Virus record (IMG/VR): IMGVR_UViG_3300042888_001941 | Coordinates: 64,001 to 128,000 of that record | Source of the DNA: a virus | Length of the DNA stretch: 64,000 nucleotides | Reading direction: 5' to 3' (one strand) | Part shown: positions 12,576 to 30,255 of the stretch, in pieces | Layout: every line of letters starts with the position of its first letter | How positions within the stretch are numbered: position 1 is the first letter of the stretch | The notes under the pieces: generated by a model | Databases searched by the model: none | What the model saw: the letters and a program-made list of their open reading frames with translations, nothing else | Told to the model about the DNA's origin: nothing | Position numbers and translations under genes: made by a program

Positions 12576-12860
12576 TTGTCACTAGTCAAAAGACTGGATG
12601 AGGCTGCGAGTAAAAGCCGCCCAGGTTTAGCATGTAGGTTAGGCTCAATCCTTCGTGGCAGTGATATGTCTGACGAAGAAAAGACATATCTACAAAAGGT
12701 TTTAGAGACTCCAGCTGATGACCCAGCACGCATTCCAACAACTGCTATTACTCAAGCTCTTCATCAAGAAGGCTATCAAATCGGAGTTGCCGCAGTAAAT
12801 CGTCACCGCAGGCGCGAATGTCGCTGCTACGGAATGAGTCCAAAGTATCTGGAGGACTAG
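12576..12860 (+). CDS. Hypothetical protein, possible Zn-binding/HTH, paired with the metallophosphoesterase
   Basis: TTG at 12576 follows a GGGGAG RBS (track start 12546); C...HRRRECRC. Confidence 0.55.
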   Translation: MSLVKRLDEAASKSRPGLACRLGSILRGSDMSDEEKTYLQKVLETPADDPARIPTTAITQALHQEGYQIGVAAVNRHRRRECRCYGMSPKYLED

Positions 12861-12864
12861 CCGC

Positions 12865-14082
12865 GTGGCATTCTCCGAAAATCTTGATAAACTGCTTTCA
12901 GCTCCAACATCTTCCTTTGCTCGTCGAATACGTCCCACGTACCCTACAGGATGGGAACCAGGCGTCCTTAGAGACAAAGACGGTGAGATTACCGTCACAA
13001 CTAATTTAGTCCCTAAGATTGACGATGAAGACTCCTGGAAGGCGGCTGTAGAGAGCTTAGGCGTATCAGTCCCAGAAGGTTGGGTTATTCGTTTATACGA
13101 AGCTCGATACGACCCAGCCGCATGGCACCGCGATGAAGAAGGCGGTGAGGCGGTAACTCGCCCAGCGTGGCGCTACAGATTCAAGGTCGAGCCAGCATCA
13201 GCATCTGCGATTAACTTTGACGATTTATTAGATTTAGTATCAAAGCATAAAGCGCACAAAACTTCAAACGAAAATATTGGAACAAAGCAGTGGATCCTAG
13301 CAACAGGTGACTGGCAGCTTGGAAAGATAGATGGCGACGGAGTAGAGGGCACCGTAAAGCGTATCCTAGAGTCTACCGACCGCTCAATTGAACGCATTAA
13401 AGAATTAAAACGTCTAAAGAAGTGGCCAGGAAGCGCAGTACTTATACTTACAGGCGACTGCGTTGAAGGTTTCGTATCTCAAGGTGGCGGAAATACATGG
13501 CGCACCAATCTTACGATGACAGAGCAAGTTCGCCTATATCGCCGTCTAGTCTTTGAGATAGTTACACGCCTTGCGGCTGAAACTGACAACTTAATGGTAG
13601 TTGCAGTTCCAGGTAACCACGGCGAGACTGTTCGCCTTATGGGTAAAATGGCAACTCGCATGGACGACTCATGGGACATCGACGCGGTTATTGCCGTGGC
13701 GGAAACTCTTGAGCAAAATAAGGCAGCCTATGGCCACGTCCGCTTTGTCACACCCGCAAAGGATGAAGGGACAATAGTTCTTGACCTAGGTGGAACTATC
13801 ACCGCGATTGCTCATGGACATCAAGTCAAGGGCGGAAATGTTCCCAAGTGGGTAGCAGAGCACGCTAAGAATATGGCACCTGTTGGAGACGCTCACCTCA
13901 TAGTGACTGGTCACCATCATCATTTGCACATTCAAGCTATGGGACCTCGCACCTGGATTCAAGTTCCAGCAATGGAATCAGAGTCAACGTGGTGGCGTGA
14001 AAAGACTGGAGAGGTATCTCCTCCAGGAATGGTCAGCGTTCTCGTAGGTGATAAGATATGGTCAGAGCTAGCGGTATTGTAG
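12865..14082 (+). CDS. Calcineurin-like metallophosphoesterase (Mre11/SbcD-like nuclease)
   Basis: GDWQLG, GDCVEG, GNHG, AHGH and GHHH motifs. Confidence 0.85.
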   Translation: MAFSENLDKLLSAPTSSFARRIRPTYPTGWEPGVLRDKDGEITVTTNLVPKIDDEDSWKAAVESLGVSVPEGWVIRLYEARYDPAAWHRDEEGGEAVTRPAWRYRFKVEPASASAINFDDLLDLVSKHKAHKTSNENIGTKQWILATGDWQLGKIDGDGVEGTVKRILESTDRSIERIKELKRLKKWPGSAVLILTGDCVEGFVSQGGGNTWRTNLTMTEQVRLYRRLVFEIVTRLAAETDNLMVVAVPGNHGETVRLMGKMATRMDDSWDIDAVIAVAETLEQNKAAYGHVRFVTPAKDEGTIVLDLGGTITAIAHGHQVKGGNVPKWVAEHAKNMAPVGDAHLIVTGHHHHLHIQAMGPRTWIQVPAMESESTWWREKTGEVSPPGMVSVLVGDKIWSELAVL

Positions 14083-14192
14083 GAAAACGCGCTCTATTTC
14101 ATTAACGTACATTCAACAAAGGCATAAAATGTAACTAGTATTCGCCTGCTTGCTTGCTACCGCTTTATAGAAGTAGACGCGTAGCGTAGTAA

Positions 14193-17384
<3,192 letters not shown>

Positions 17385-17474
17385 TTTAAGCGCAGTTTAT
17401 ACCTCTATCACCTTCTTCTGGTTAATATAGAATAGCGCTTGGGAATCTCTCCCACTCGAGTGAAATGAGACTAC

Positions 17475-19643
<2,169 letters not shown>

Positions 19644-19659
19644 ACCCCTTCTTAACGGG

Positions 19660-19698
19660 AAACGCCCGCCTTCTTCGGAAGAGCGGGCGTTTTCTTTT
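19660..19698 (+). terminator. Rho-independent terminator
   Basis: AAACGCCCGC-CTTC-TTCG-GAAG-A-GCGGGCGTTT followed by a T-rich tract; UUCG loop. Confidence 0.85.
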
Positions 19699-19760
19699 AA
19701 GATAAAAAGCTGGATTTATAGTATAGTATCCCCTAGTGTCGCGCTAGATGAGAGAGACCC

Positions 19761-21206
<1,446 letters not shown>

Positions 21207-21242
21207 AATAAAATACATAACAAAGGAAAGGCGTAGTAACTA

Positions 21243-21560
21243 ATGGCTACAACTTCAAAGGTTCTTTTTCGTGGAGCGGCGACAACTAACACCGCGACTA
21301 CGTTGTACACTGTCCCTACGACAAGCACAACAACGGTCGTCACTAGCATCATTGTGACAAACACCGCAGCGTCCGGCGCAACATACACACTTGCGATTGA
21401 CGGCGTTGCTATTGCAACAACCGTTTCTATCGCCGCAAATGATACTGTCATCATGGATCTTAAGCAGGTCATTCCTGCAAACGCAACACCAAAGATTGTC
21501 ACCGGTGGAGCATCTGCAACAACAGTCAACTTCCACATTTCAGGAGTTGAAATAGTCTAA
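21243..21560 (+). CDS. Small beta-rich adaptor protein (TLYTVP family)
   Basis: TTLYTVP...N...ISGVEI; paralogue of 25929..26258. Confidence 0.6.
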   Translation: MATTSKVLFRGAATTNTATTLYTVPTTSTTTVVTSIIVTNTAASGATYTLAIDGVAIATTVSIAANDTVIMDLKQVIPANATPKIVTGGASATTVNFHISGVEIV

Positions 21561-22435
21561 TGTCCATTCAACGTCTCTCGAACTCGGGACAGAGTGGATT
21601 TCGCTATAAGTCTCTTATAGCTGGGATCACGCCTGTTGCGTCGGTGCCTACGGTTGGCACTGCCACCGCACTCACCTTCAGCACCGCGTCTGTTACGTTC
21701 ACAGCGCCTGGTGCCTACGCTGGAGCGACGTACACCGCAACATCAAGCCCAGGCGGCCTCACTGGGACAAGCGCGTCTTCACCTATTACCGTTTCAGGAC
21801 TTTCAGAAAACACCGCGTATACCTTTACTGTCACCGCGACGAACGCTACTGGAACTTCAGGAGCAAGCGCTGCATCAAACTCAATTACTACACCTTCTGC
21901 ATTTACACCTGAGAGTGGATACGACTCGTTGGCTACTGTAACGTTGTCTTCGTCAGCGTCATCAGTTACTTTTTCTGGTATTCCTAGTGGGTATAAACAT
22001 CTTCAAATTCGTGGAATTATCAAAGACGTTACAACTGGGGCAGCGGATTACGATGCGCTAAGAATTCAATACAATGGCGATACAGCCACAAACTATTCTT
22101 GGCATTATCTTAAAGGCGAAGGCGTAGGTTCTGGCGGAGTTGGACAAGCATCTAGTTCATCTTACTTATGGAGCGGCACAGTAATACGTTCTGGAACTGG
22201 TCAGACTTCTGCATTTTCTACTTCAGTAATTGATATTTTGGATTATGCAAATACATCAAAATACAAAACTCAACGTTGGCTAAATGGTACAGAATTCAAT
22301 GCTCTTTACCCTTGGGTAGGGCTTGGATCTGGATTGTGGCAATCAACCTCCGCAATTACTTCTATTAAAATGTATATGGATACAGGTGTTAATTTTGCTG
22401 AGTATTCACAATTTGCACTTTACGGGGTGAAATAA
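21560..22435 (+). CDS. Cassette 1, chain A (conserved ~160-aa domain plus FN3 insert)
   Basis: MSIQRLS...; FN3-like VSGL..NTAYTFTVTATNATG; SVTFSGIP..YKHLQIR...AITSI...ALYGVK. Confidence 0.7.
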   Translation: MSIQRLSNSGQSGFRYKSLIAGITPVASVPTVGTATALTFSTASVTFTAPGAYAGATYTATSSPGGLTGTSASSPITVSGLSENTAYTFTVTATNATGTSGASAASNSITTPSAFTPESGYDSLATVTLSSSASSVTFSGIPSGYKHLQIRGIIKDVTTGAADYDALRIQYNGDTATNYSWHYLKGEGVGSGGVGQASSSSYLWSGTVIRSGTGQTSAFSTSVIDILDYANTSKYKTQRWLNGTEFNALYPWVGLGSGLWQSTSAITSIKMYMDTGVNFAEYSQFALYGVK

Positions 22436-22436
22436 T

Positions 22437-23789
22437 ATGCCAACAAATACACATGTCGCACTTGATAAAGTAACAGTAGGAAGCGCTACTAACACAATTA
22501 CTTTTACTTCAATTCCACAGGGATATACAGACCTTGTAATGGTTGGTAGTGTTATACCTAGTGGAAGTGGATTGTCTCCACAAAGCCGAATAAATTCTGA
22601 TAGTGGAAATAACTATTCAAGAACGGTTTTGGCTGGCAATGGTTCATCTGCTAGCAGCTCACGTGGAAGCAATAATTCTAGTTTTTATTGGTATGAAAAT
22701 AACAGTCCTGCAACTGGTTCACCAACTCCATACATTATTCAATTTATGAATTATTCAAACACTTCAACATATAAAACAATTTTAGGTAGATATGGTGGAG
22801 CAGGAGTTGAAACAGTAACAAATGTAAACTTATATCGTTCTACTTCTGCAATCACTTCTTTTACTTTTTTTACAAGCGCATCAACTTTTGACGTCGGCTC
22901 CACCTTCTCGTTGTATGGCATCAAAGCACAGGTAACCCCTGGTACTGCTAAAGCAACTGGCGGAACTATTACCTACGACAACTTTGGTAGAGTCATACAT
23001 ACATTTACTTCAACAGGAACATTTACGCCTAGTGAAGCATTAACTAATGTTGAATATCTTGTTATTGCAGGTGGAGGCGGTGGTGGTTACTCAGGCGCAG
23101 GAGGTGGAGGCGCTGGTGGATACCTAACTTCAGCAAGTGGTGAAATATCAGGTGGTGGACAACCTACTCAAAGTCCTTTGTCGTTATCTGCGGCTGCATA
23201 TACAGTACAAGTAGGTGCTGGCGGTGCAGGTGCAAATGGTTCAAATTCAGCCGCTCGCGGTAGTGCTGGAGTCAATTCATTTATATCAGGTACAGGCATT
23301 ACTACAATTACAGCCACAGGTGGCGGTGGTGGCGGCTCTCGCAATGGTGATGAACTTAGCGGCGGTGCAGGAGGTTCAAGCGGTGGTGGTACGCGAAGTG
23401 GAGGTGCGGCAGGAACTCCTACTTCATCACCAATCCAAGGTTATTCAGGTCAAGGCGGTTTAAGCACTCCACCAGGCGGCGGCGGTGGCGGCGCGGGCGA
23501 ACTTGGTGGTACAGATGGTCAAGGCGATGGCGGTGATGGACTTACATCATCTATTAGCGGTTCAGCCGTAGTCAGAGGTGGTGGCGGCGGTGGTGGTGGT
23601 GGCGATGGTAGCCGCGTAACTGCTGGAGGAACTGGCGGTGGAGGTGCCGGTGGTTACAGCACAACTTCCGCTTCGGTTGCTGGAACTGCTAATACAGGTG
23701 GAGGCGGCGGTGGTGGCTCCAATGAAACTATTTACGTAAATGGCGCATCTGGCGGTTCAGGTATTGTCATCATTAGGTATCAAGGTTAA
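22437..23789 (+). CDS. Cassette 1, chain B (conserved domain plus Gly-rich domain)
   Basis: ITFTSIPQGYTDL...KTILGR...FSLYGIK, then ATGG...H.F.STG and Gly-rich repeats ending GSGIVIIRY. Confidence 0.7.
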   Translation: MPTNTHVALDKVTVGSATNTITFTSIPQGYTDLVMVGSVIPSGSGLSPQSRINSDSGNNYSRTVLAGNGSSASSSRGSNNSSFYWYENNSPATGSPTPYIIQFMNYSNTSTYKTILGRYGGAGVETVTNVNLYRSTSAITSFTFFTSASTFDVGSTFSLYGIKAQVTPGTAKATGGTITYDNFGRVIHTFTSTGTFTPSEALTNVEYLVIAGGGGGGYSGAGGGGAGGYLTSASGEISGGGQPTQSPLSLSAAAYTVQVGAGGAGANGSNSAARGSAGVNSFISGTGITTITATGGGGGGSRNGDELSGGAGGSSGGGTRSGGAAGTPTSSPIQGYSGQGGLSTPPGGGGGGAGELGGTDGQGDGGDGLTSSISGSAVVRGGGGGGGGGDGSRVTAGGTGGGGAGGYSTTSASVAGTANTGGGGGGGSNETIYVNGASGGSGIVIIRYQG

Positions 23790-23798
23790 GGAGATCTA

Positions 23799-25124
23799 AT
23801 GCCATCCAATTACGTACTTCTTCAACGCATTGAGTTAAACGCCTCTGCAGCAAGCGTTACATTTTCTAGCATCCCACAAACTGGCTATACCGATTTGAAG
23901 GTGGTTTGGTCAGGAAGATTGAGCGATGCTTCTACTGCAACTTACTGTAAACTTACATTCAACGGAAGCGCAGCAAACTTTACTGCAAAAAGATTAGCGG
24001 GAAGTGGTAGTGCTACGACAAGCGGTGATTTACCTCAATGGTCAGGTACTGCTCCTGGTACAAATGCTACTTCTAATACATTTTCTAATGTAGAATTTTA
24101 TATTCCAAACTATACAAGTTCCAATTATAAATCTTATAGTCTTGACACTGTTACAGAAAATAATGCAACAGAGGCATACGCTGAATTAGGCGCTGGTTTA
24201 TGGTCTGATACTGCTGCTATCACATCTATTACATTGACAGGAAATGCTGGTTCTTTTCTACAATACAGCACCTTCTCGCTATACGGCCTAGCAGACGTAA
24301 ATACCACGCCTGCTATCGCGCCTAAGGCTAGCGGTGGAAGCATTACCACAGACGGTACCTATTGGATTCATACGTTTAATTCAACAGGAACATTTACTCC
24401 TGCAGTGGCTCTTACTTGTGACTATCTTGTAGTTGCAGGTGGCGGTGGTGGTGGTGGTTCTGCTGCTGGTGGCGGTGGTGCTGGAGGATTGCGCTCAACA
24501 GTTACCGCAACAGGCGGCGGTGGATCTTTAGAATCTGCTTTGACTTTAACCGCTAGCACTAATTACACAGTTACAGTTGGTGCTGGTGGTGCTGTAGCTG
24601 CTGCGGTTAGCACAAAAGGAACATCTGGTGCTAATTCTATATTTTCAACTATAACCGCAACTGGCGGCGGCGGTGGCGGTGCTTTTACTGCGGTGGATGG
24701 TCTTACAGGTGGTTCTGGCGGCGGCGGTGGATTTGCTACTGGTGTTGGTGGTACTGGAACAACCAATCAAGGTTTTGCTGGACAGGCTTTTGTCAGCGGC
24801 GATAGTTCAAGTAACTTTATAGCTGGTGCAGGTGGCGGTGCTGGTGCTACTGGTTCTGGTGGTACAGGTGGTAATGGAGTTGCAACTTCAATAACAGGTT
24901 CTTCAGTAACCTACGCCGGCGGTGGCGGCGGTGGAGTGGGCTTCGATGTAACTGCTAAATTAGGCGGTTCAGGCGGTGGTGGCACAGGTTCTAGGAGAAA
25001 CACATCTGCTGGAACATCTGGAACAGCAAACACAGGCGGCGGTGGCGGCGCGGCAGACCTCGCTAGTGTTGGCGGTGGCAACGGCGGTTCAGGCATAGTA
25101 ATTATCAGATACACGATTGCATAA
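23799..25124 (+). CDS. Cassette 1, chain C (conserved domain plus Gly-rich domain)
   Basis: SVTFSSIPQ..YTDL...ATSNTFSN..YIPNY...ENN...FSLYG, then a Gly-rich domain. Confidence 0.7.
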   Translation: MPSNYVLLQRIELNASAASVTFSSIPQTGYTDLKVVWSGRLSDASTATYCKLTFNGSAANFTAKRLAGSGSATTSGDLPQWSGTAPGTNATSNTFSNVEFYIPNYTSSNYKSYSLDTVTENNATEAYAELGAGLWSDTAAITSITLTGNAGSFLQYSTFSLYGLADVNTTPAIAPKASGGSITTDGTYWIHTFNSTGTFTPAVALTCDYLVVAGGGGGGGSAAGGGGAGGLRSTVTATGGGGSLESALTLTASTNYTVTVGAGGAVAAAVSTKGTSGANSIFSTITATGGGGGGAFTAVDGLTGGSGGGGGFATGVGGTGTTNQGFAGQAFVSGDSSSNFIAGAGGGAGATGSGGTGGNGVATSITGSSVTYAGGGGGGVGFDVTAKLGGSGGGGTGSRRNTSAGTSGTANTGGGGGAADLASVGGGNGGSGIVIIRYTIA

Positions 25125-25136
25125 AGGAGCACAACA

Positions 25137-25505
25137 ATGGCACACTACGCTTTCCTAGACGATAACAATATCGTCACCGAGGTTATCGTTGGCAAGAACG
25201 AAGGCGAAGACGGTATTGACTGGGAGCAGCACTACGGTGACTTCCGCGGTCAGGTGTGTAAGCGCACCTCCTACAACACACAGGGCGGAGTCCACAACAA
25301 TGGCGGAACTCCATACCGTAAAAATTACGCGGGAATAGGGTACTCTTATGATGCATCTCGGGACGCCTTTGTTCCACCCAAGCCCTTTGCGAGCTGGTCT
25401 CTAAATGAAACCTCGTGTATCTGGGAGCCGCCTGTGGCGTACCCAACAGATGACAAGGCGTACTCATGGAATGAGTCAACAACTTCTTGGGAAGAAATAG
25501 CGTAG
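25137..25505 (+). CDS. Small fibre-associated protein (MAHYAFLD...RKNYAGIG family), possible assembly chaperone
   Basis: Strong AAGGAG RBS; Trp/Pro-rich C-terminus; directly follows Gly-rich genes. Confidence 0.6.
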   Translation: MAHYAFLDDNNIVTEVIVGKNEGEDGIDWEQHYGDFRGQVCKRTSYNTQGGVHNNGGTPYRKNYAGIGYSYDASRDAFVPPKPFASWSLNETSCIWEPPVAYPTDDKAYSWNESTTSWEEIA

Positions 25506-25527
25506 AAATCTCAATCATTATGGCGGG

Positions 25528-25541
25528 AAACGCGCTATAAT
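25528..25541 (+). promoter_or_regulatory. Promoter, extended -10 AAACGCGC-TATAAT
   Basis: Perfect TATAAT 24 nt before the ATG at 25566; upstream octamer shared with other promoters. Confidence 0.6.
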
Positions 25542-25556
25542 ATGCACATCACATAA

Positions 25557-25925
<369 letters not shown>

Positions 25926-25928
25926 CGC

Positions 25929-26258
25929 ATGCCAACAGTTTATAAAACCCTCGGGCAGTCAAATCCTTCTGCTACAACAAATGCCTCACTGTACACGGTG
26001 CCTGCAACAACATCAACTGTTGTCTCAACAGTGACAGTATGCAACCAGGCGTCTACTGCAGGAACCTTCCGTATCGCGATTCGTCCTGCAGGCGCATCTA
26101 TTGCTGCTCAGCATTACATCGCGTACGACACTCCAATTGCGGCGAATGACACCATTGCATTGACTTTAGGCATTACCCTTGCGACGACAGACGTAGTTAC
26201 GGTTTACGCCTCCAGCGCAACAATGTCATTTTCAGCATTCGGTTCTGAAATTTCGTAA
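25929..26258 (+). CDS. Small beta-rich adaptor protein (LYTVP family)
   Basis: SLYTVP...CNQ...FGSEI; paralogue of 21243..21560. Confidence 0.6.
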   Translation: MPTVYKTLGQSNPSATTNASLYTVPATTSTVVSTVTVCNQASTAGTFRIAIRPAGASIAAQHYIAYDTPIAANDTIALTLGITLATTDVVTVYASSATMSFSAFGSEIS

Positions 26259-26270
26259 GGAGACTAACTC

Positions 26271-26885
26271 ATGGCAGTTAGTCGTCTCTCTCAACAGAGT
26301 ATTCAACAGTCTTTTCCTAAAGGGAACACCTTATGGGACGGCACTACTGCTACGTCTGCGTTTGATAGTTTAGGGACTGTCTATGTTTCTTCTTCTGGCA
26401 GTGTAGGCATCGCGTCATTCACAAACGTGCCTCAGACGTACACTCACCTTCAACTGCGTCTTTGCGTTGTTGAATCAACTGCAGATTCATATTTTTTAGC
26501 TACGTACAACAGTGACACTGCTCAAGCAAACTATCCTCGTCATCGCCTTTGGGGTAATGGCGCTTCTGTCGGATCTAACTCGGCAGTCAACGTTGATGCT
26601 TCTACTAGAAGCGCTATGCTTGGATCACCATTGTACAGTACTACGCACCCTGGGGTAGTTATTGCCGACATACTAGACTACGCCAATACAAGCAAGAACA
26701 AGACTACCATGTCATTTTTTGGACAGGACGCTAATGGAAGCGGTATAGTCGAGCTTCATTCAAGCGTCTGGCTTAACACCGCCGCAATAACAAGAGTCGA
26801 TGTTCGTTGTAACCTGGCTGGCGGCGGCTCTGGTTCATCTACATTTAACGCTGGCTCGACAATTTCTCTGTACGGAGTTAAATAA
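26271..26885 (+). CDS. Cassette 2, chain A
   Basis: MAVSRLS...FDSL...YTHLQLR...DILDYANTSKNKT...SLYGVK. Confidence 0.7.
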   Translation: MAVSRLSQQSIQQSFPKGNTLWDGTTATSAFDSLGTVYVSSSGSVGIASFTNVPQTYTHLQLRLCVVESTADSYFLATYNSDTAQANYPRHRLWGNGASVGSNSAVNVDASTRSAMLGSPLYSTTHPGVVIADILDYANTSKNKTTMSFFGQDANGSGIVELHSSVWLNTAAITRVDVRCNLAGGGSGSSTFNAGSTISLYGVK

Positions 26886-26887
26886 AA

Positions 26888-28255
26888 GTGGCTACCTACA
26901 AACCTCTGCAGTCAATCACTTTAACGTCAAACGCGTCAAGCGTTACTTTTTCTGGCATTTCGCAAGACTATACTGATTTAGTACTAGTTTCACAGACCCA
27001 GCAAGTAACATCAGGTGAAGATTTGGCAATTAGATTCAATAATGATTCTACTTCTATATACTCAAGAACGTACATCTGCGGCGATGGGTCAACCGCGCAC
27101 AGTGGAAGAAGCACAAGTCAGACTTATATAATTCTTGACCACCATGGGACACCGCCAACCTCAACAAGTTTTGGTAGTTCAATAGTTAATATACCGAACT
27201 ATTCAAACACTACTTTAAATAAAACGGTGCTCAACAGAAATGGTTCTATTGATTCATCACCAGCAGTGGCTACTGTTTCAAACGTAGGGCTATGGCGCTC
27301 AACGTCAGCAATTACTTCAATTACAGTTCTTTGCACGAATTCAAGTAATCTAAAAGCAGGCTCTACCTTTGACTTGTATGGAATTAAGTCAGGTACTCCA
27401 AAAGCTATTGGCGGAGATATCACTACTACTGATGGAACATATTGGTACCACGCATTTAAAAGCACCGGAGCATTTACAGTTCAACAAGGAGCTTCTTTAT
27501 CTGTTGACTACCTAGTTATCGCTGGTGGCGGTGGTGGCGGCAGCGTTGGAACACAAGGTGGCGGTGGTGGAGCTGGAGGATTGCGCTCAACAGTAACTGC
27601 AACTGGCGGAGGCGGATCATTAGAATCTGCTATCACTCTTGCTGGAGGAAGTGTTACAACTGTAGTTGTTGGCGCTGGCGGAGAAGTTGATAGCCAAGGA
27701 AGCAACTCATCATTTTCTACTATTACATCAACAGGTGGCGGTAGAGGCGGACATTACTCTTCAACAACTGGTGGAGATGGCGGTTCAGGTGGTGGCGCAG
27801 GAGCTGGCGCTGGTGGAACATACGTAGGCGGAGCAGCTTCTCCAAGTGGACAAGGTTACGCAGGCGGTGGTTCACCTGGCTCTAGTGGAAATCATCGTGG
27901 AGGTGGCGGCGGCGGAGCAGGCGCTGTTGGCGCAACAGCATCTACTAACGCTGGTGCAGGTGGCGCAGGCGTAGCTATTTCAGCTTTCGCGTCTGCAACT
28001 GGAACTGGTGTAAGTAACTTCTACGCTGGTGGCGGAGGAGGAGGCTCTCAATCAAACACTGCAACTGCTGGAGCTGGTGGCTCAGGTGGCGGCGGCTCAG
28101 GAGCTAAAGATGACCCAGGTGGAAACGTAACTGCGCATGCGACAGCAGGAACTGCAAATACTGGTGGAGGCGGTGGTGGCAGAGCTGGAAGTGGCACTGT
28201 AAGCACAGTTGGAAGAGGCGGTTCAGGTATTGTAATTGTGAGGTATGCAGTATGA
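26888..28255 (+). CDS. Cassette 2, chain B (with Gly-rich domain)
   Basis: MATYKPL...YTDL...NYSNTT.NKTVL.R...LYGIK plus a Gly-rich domain. Confidence 0.7.
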   Translation: MATYKPLQSITLTSNASSVTFSGISQDYTDLVLVSQTQQVTSGEDLAIRFNNDSTSIYSRTYICGDGSTAHSGRSTSQTYIILDHHGTPPTSTSFGSSIVNIPNYSNTTLNKTVLNRNGSIDSSPAVATVSNVGLWRSTSAITSITVLCTNSSNLKAGSTFDLYGIKSGTPKAIGGDITTTDGTYWYHAFKSTGAFTVQQGASLSVDYLVIAGGGGGGSVGTQGGGGGAGGLRSTVTATGGGGSLESAITLAGGSVTTVVVGAGGEVDSQGSNSSFSTITSTGGGRGGHYSSTTGGDGGSGGGAGAGAGGTYVGGAASPSGQGYAGGGSPGSSGNHRGGGGGGAGAVGATASTNAGAGGAGVAISAFASATGTGVSNFYAGGGGGGSQSNTATAGAGGSGGGGSGAKDDPGGNVTAHATAGTANTGGGGGGRAGSGTVSTVGRGGSGIVIVRYAV

Positions 28256-29634
28256 GTCTAGAAACTATGACAAAGATCTCTACTATAACTGTAGGTGCAG
28301 GAGGCTCTGCTTCTATTTCTTTTTCTAATATTCCTCAAGGTTACACCGATCTTGTACTAAAACTTTCAACAAGAACAGATGCGTCTGGCTGGACAACTAC
28401 AGGCTTGGTTTTGACTTTTAACGGGAGCAGCGCATCTACGTACAGCAGACGCACTCTTTACAACACATCAGCTGGCTCTGCTGGCAGCGATAGCACCTCA
28501 TCTACTACTTCATTTACTGGAGGAATTGTTTCTTGTGGTGCAAGCGCAACTTCTAATACCTTTGGCACGGCAAATATCTACATACCTAATTATTCTGATT
28601 TTAATAGTAAAAATATATCTGTAGAATCTGTAAGTGAAAATAACGGAACAGACACTGCTCAAACGTACACTTTCGGCTTGTTTGCAAATCCTGCTCCTAT
28701 TACGTCATTAACTCTTATAGACGCAAATGGCGGATCTTTTGTTCAACACTCTATAGCAACTCTTTACGGGGTTAAAGACACTATAAAAACCGCAGGCAAC
28801 TCAATCAAAGCAACTGGTGGAAACATATTCTACGATGGCACCTACGTCTACCATGCTTTCATGTCGACTGGTTCTTTTGCCCCCACTCAACGACTAACCG
28901 CAGACATTCTTCAAATAGCTGGTGGAGGTGGCGGTGGCGGTAACAATGGTGGCGGTGGTGGCGGTGCAGGCGGTCTTCTGTACTATGCAGCGCAAACACT
29001 CGCTCCAAACACATCTTACACTTGCACGGTAGGCGGTGGCGGAAGCGCTGGAGCTACTAATGCTCGAGGCGGACAAGGTAGCTCGTCTCAGTTCTATAAC
29101 CTTACGTCTTCTAATGGCGGAGGCGGTGGTGGTTCAGAAGGTGGAACTACTGCGGGTGGCTCTGGCGGCTCAGGCGGCGGCGCTGCTTCGTCTGGTGGCT
29201 CTACTGCTTCTGGTGGATCTGCAACTCCTTCAGGCCAAGGTAACGCTGGTGGTAACTCTGCAACAGATGGCTCAGGTCGCGCAGGTGGCGGTGGCGGTGG
29301 AGCAGGTGCTGCAGGACAATCAGGTTACCAGTCAGGCGGACCAAACTACTCCGGTGGTGACGGAGGAGACGGCTCATCTGCTTACTCATCTTGGGGAGCA
29401 GCTACTGGTTTAGGCGCATTGTCTGGTGGAACTTATTGGTTTGCTGGTGGAGGAGCTGGCCAGTCTGCATTCTATGTTAGCGGTCGTGCTGGCCGTGGTG
29501 GTGGCGGAGGAAGACTAGAAAATGGTCAACCAAATACTGGCGGCGGCGGTGGCGGAGACAACTATCGCGGCGGTGGAACTTTCACCTCTTCAACTGGAGG
29601 CTCAGGAATTATCATTGTGAGATACAAAGGCTAA
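28252..29634 (+). CDS. Cassette 2, chain C (with Gly-rich domain)
   Basis: FSNIPQGYTDL...ATSNTFG...YIPNY...ENN...LYGVK plus a Gly-rich domain; ATGA overlap. Confidence 0.7.
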   Translation: MSLETMTKISTITVGAGGSASISFSNIPQGYTDLVLKLSTRTDASGWTTTGLVLTFNGSSASTYSRRTLYNTSAGSAGSDSTSSTTSFTGGIVSCGASATSNTFGTANIYIPNYSDFNSKNISVESVSENNGTDTAQTYTFGLFANPAPITSLTLIDANGGSFVQHSIATLYGVKDTIKTAGNSIKATGGNIFYDGTYVYHAFMSTGSFAPTQRLTADILQIAGGGGGGGNNGGGGGGAGGLLYYAAQTLAPNTSYTCTVGGGGSAGATNARGGQGSSSQFYNLTSSNGGGGGGSEGGTTAGGSGGSGGGAASSGGSTASGGSATPSGQGNAGGNSATDGSGRAGGGGGGAGAAGQSGYQSGGPNYSGGDGGDGSSAYSSWGAATGLGALSGGTYWFAGGGAGQSAFYVSGRAGRGGGGGRLENGQPNTGGGGGGDNYRGGGTFTSSTGGSGIIIVRYKG

Positions 29635-29655
29635 CGCAAAACTAACACCGCAGGA

Positions 29656-29669
29656 AAACGCAGTATAAT
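29656..29669 (+). promoter_or_regulatory. Promoter, extended -10 AAACGCAG-TATAAT
   Basis: Perfect TATAAT before cassette 3; AAAGGA RBS downstream. Confidence 0.6.
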
Positions 29670-29694
29670 TTTTAACTGAGCAAAGGATACAGAG

Positions 29695-30255
29695 ATGGCG
29701 ATTAGAAGGTTTAGCACTGCAAGCATCAGTGCAGGCACTAATAAGTCGACTAAACTCTGGGATCAAGAGACCTTTCAAAGTGGAATGTTTGCGCTTGCTA
29801 CTGTGAGTTTAAGCACGTCTGCTTCTAGCATTTCTTTTACTGGCATTCCAACAGATTACACACACTTACAAGTACGTGGACTTCATAAGCACTCTGGGAG
29901 CGGCGCGTGGGCAACCATTGAACTTAATTCAGACACGACTGCCTCGAACTATACTTACCACAGATTATCTGGTGATGGTTCTACTGCATTTGCAGAAGCG
30001 AACGCTAGTTTGAATCGTTGTTTCACCTCTTACCCACACTGGGGTTCTGCCATAATTGATGTATTGGATTACGCCAACACAAGTAAGAACACTACAATTC
30101 GCACGCTTGGCAGCTGGGATGGTAATGGGTCAGGTGAAGTCAATTATGTTTCTAACCTATGGAAGAACACAGCAGCGGTTACAACTTTGACCATTAACCT
30201 ATCCTCTTTTGTGCAGTACAGCCACTTTGCACTTTATGGAATTAAGGCGGCCTAA
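29695..30255 (+). CDS. Cassette 3, chain A
   Basis: MAIRRFS...YTHLQVR...DVLDYANTSKN...ALYGIK. Confidence 0.7.
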   Translation: MAIRRFSTASISAGTNKSTKLWDQETFQSGMFALATVSLSTSASSISFTGIPTDYTHLQVRGLHKHSGSGAWATIELNSDTTASNYTYHRLSGDGSTAFAEANASLNRCFTSYPHWGSAIIDVLDYANTSKNTTIRTLGSWDGNGSGEVNYVSNLWKNTAAVTTLTINLSSFVQYSHFALYGIKAA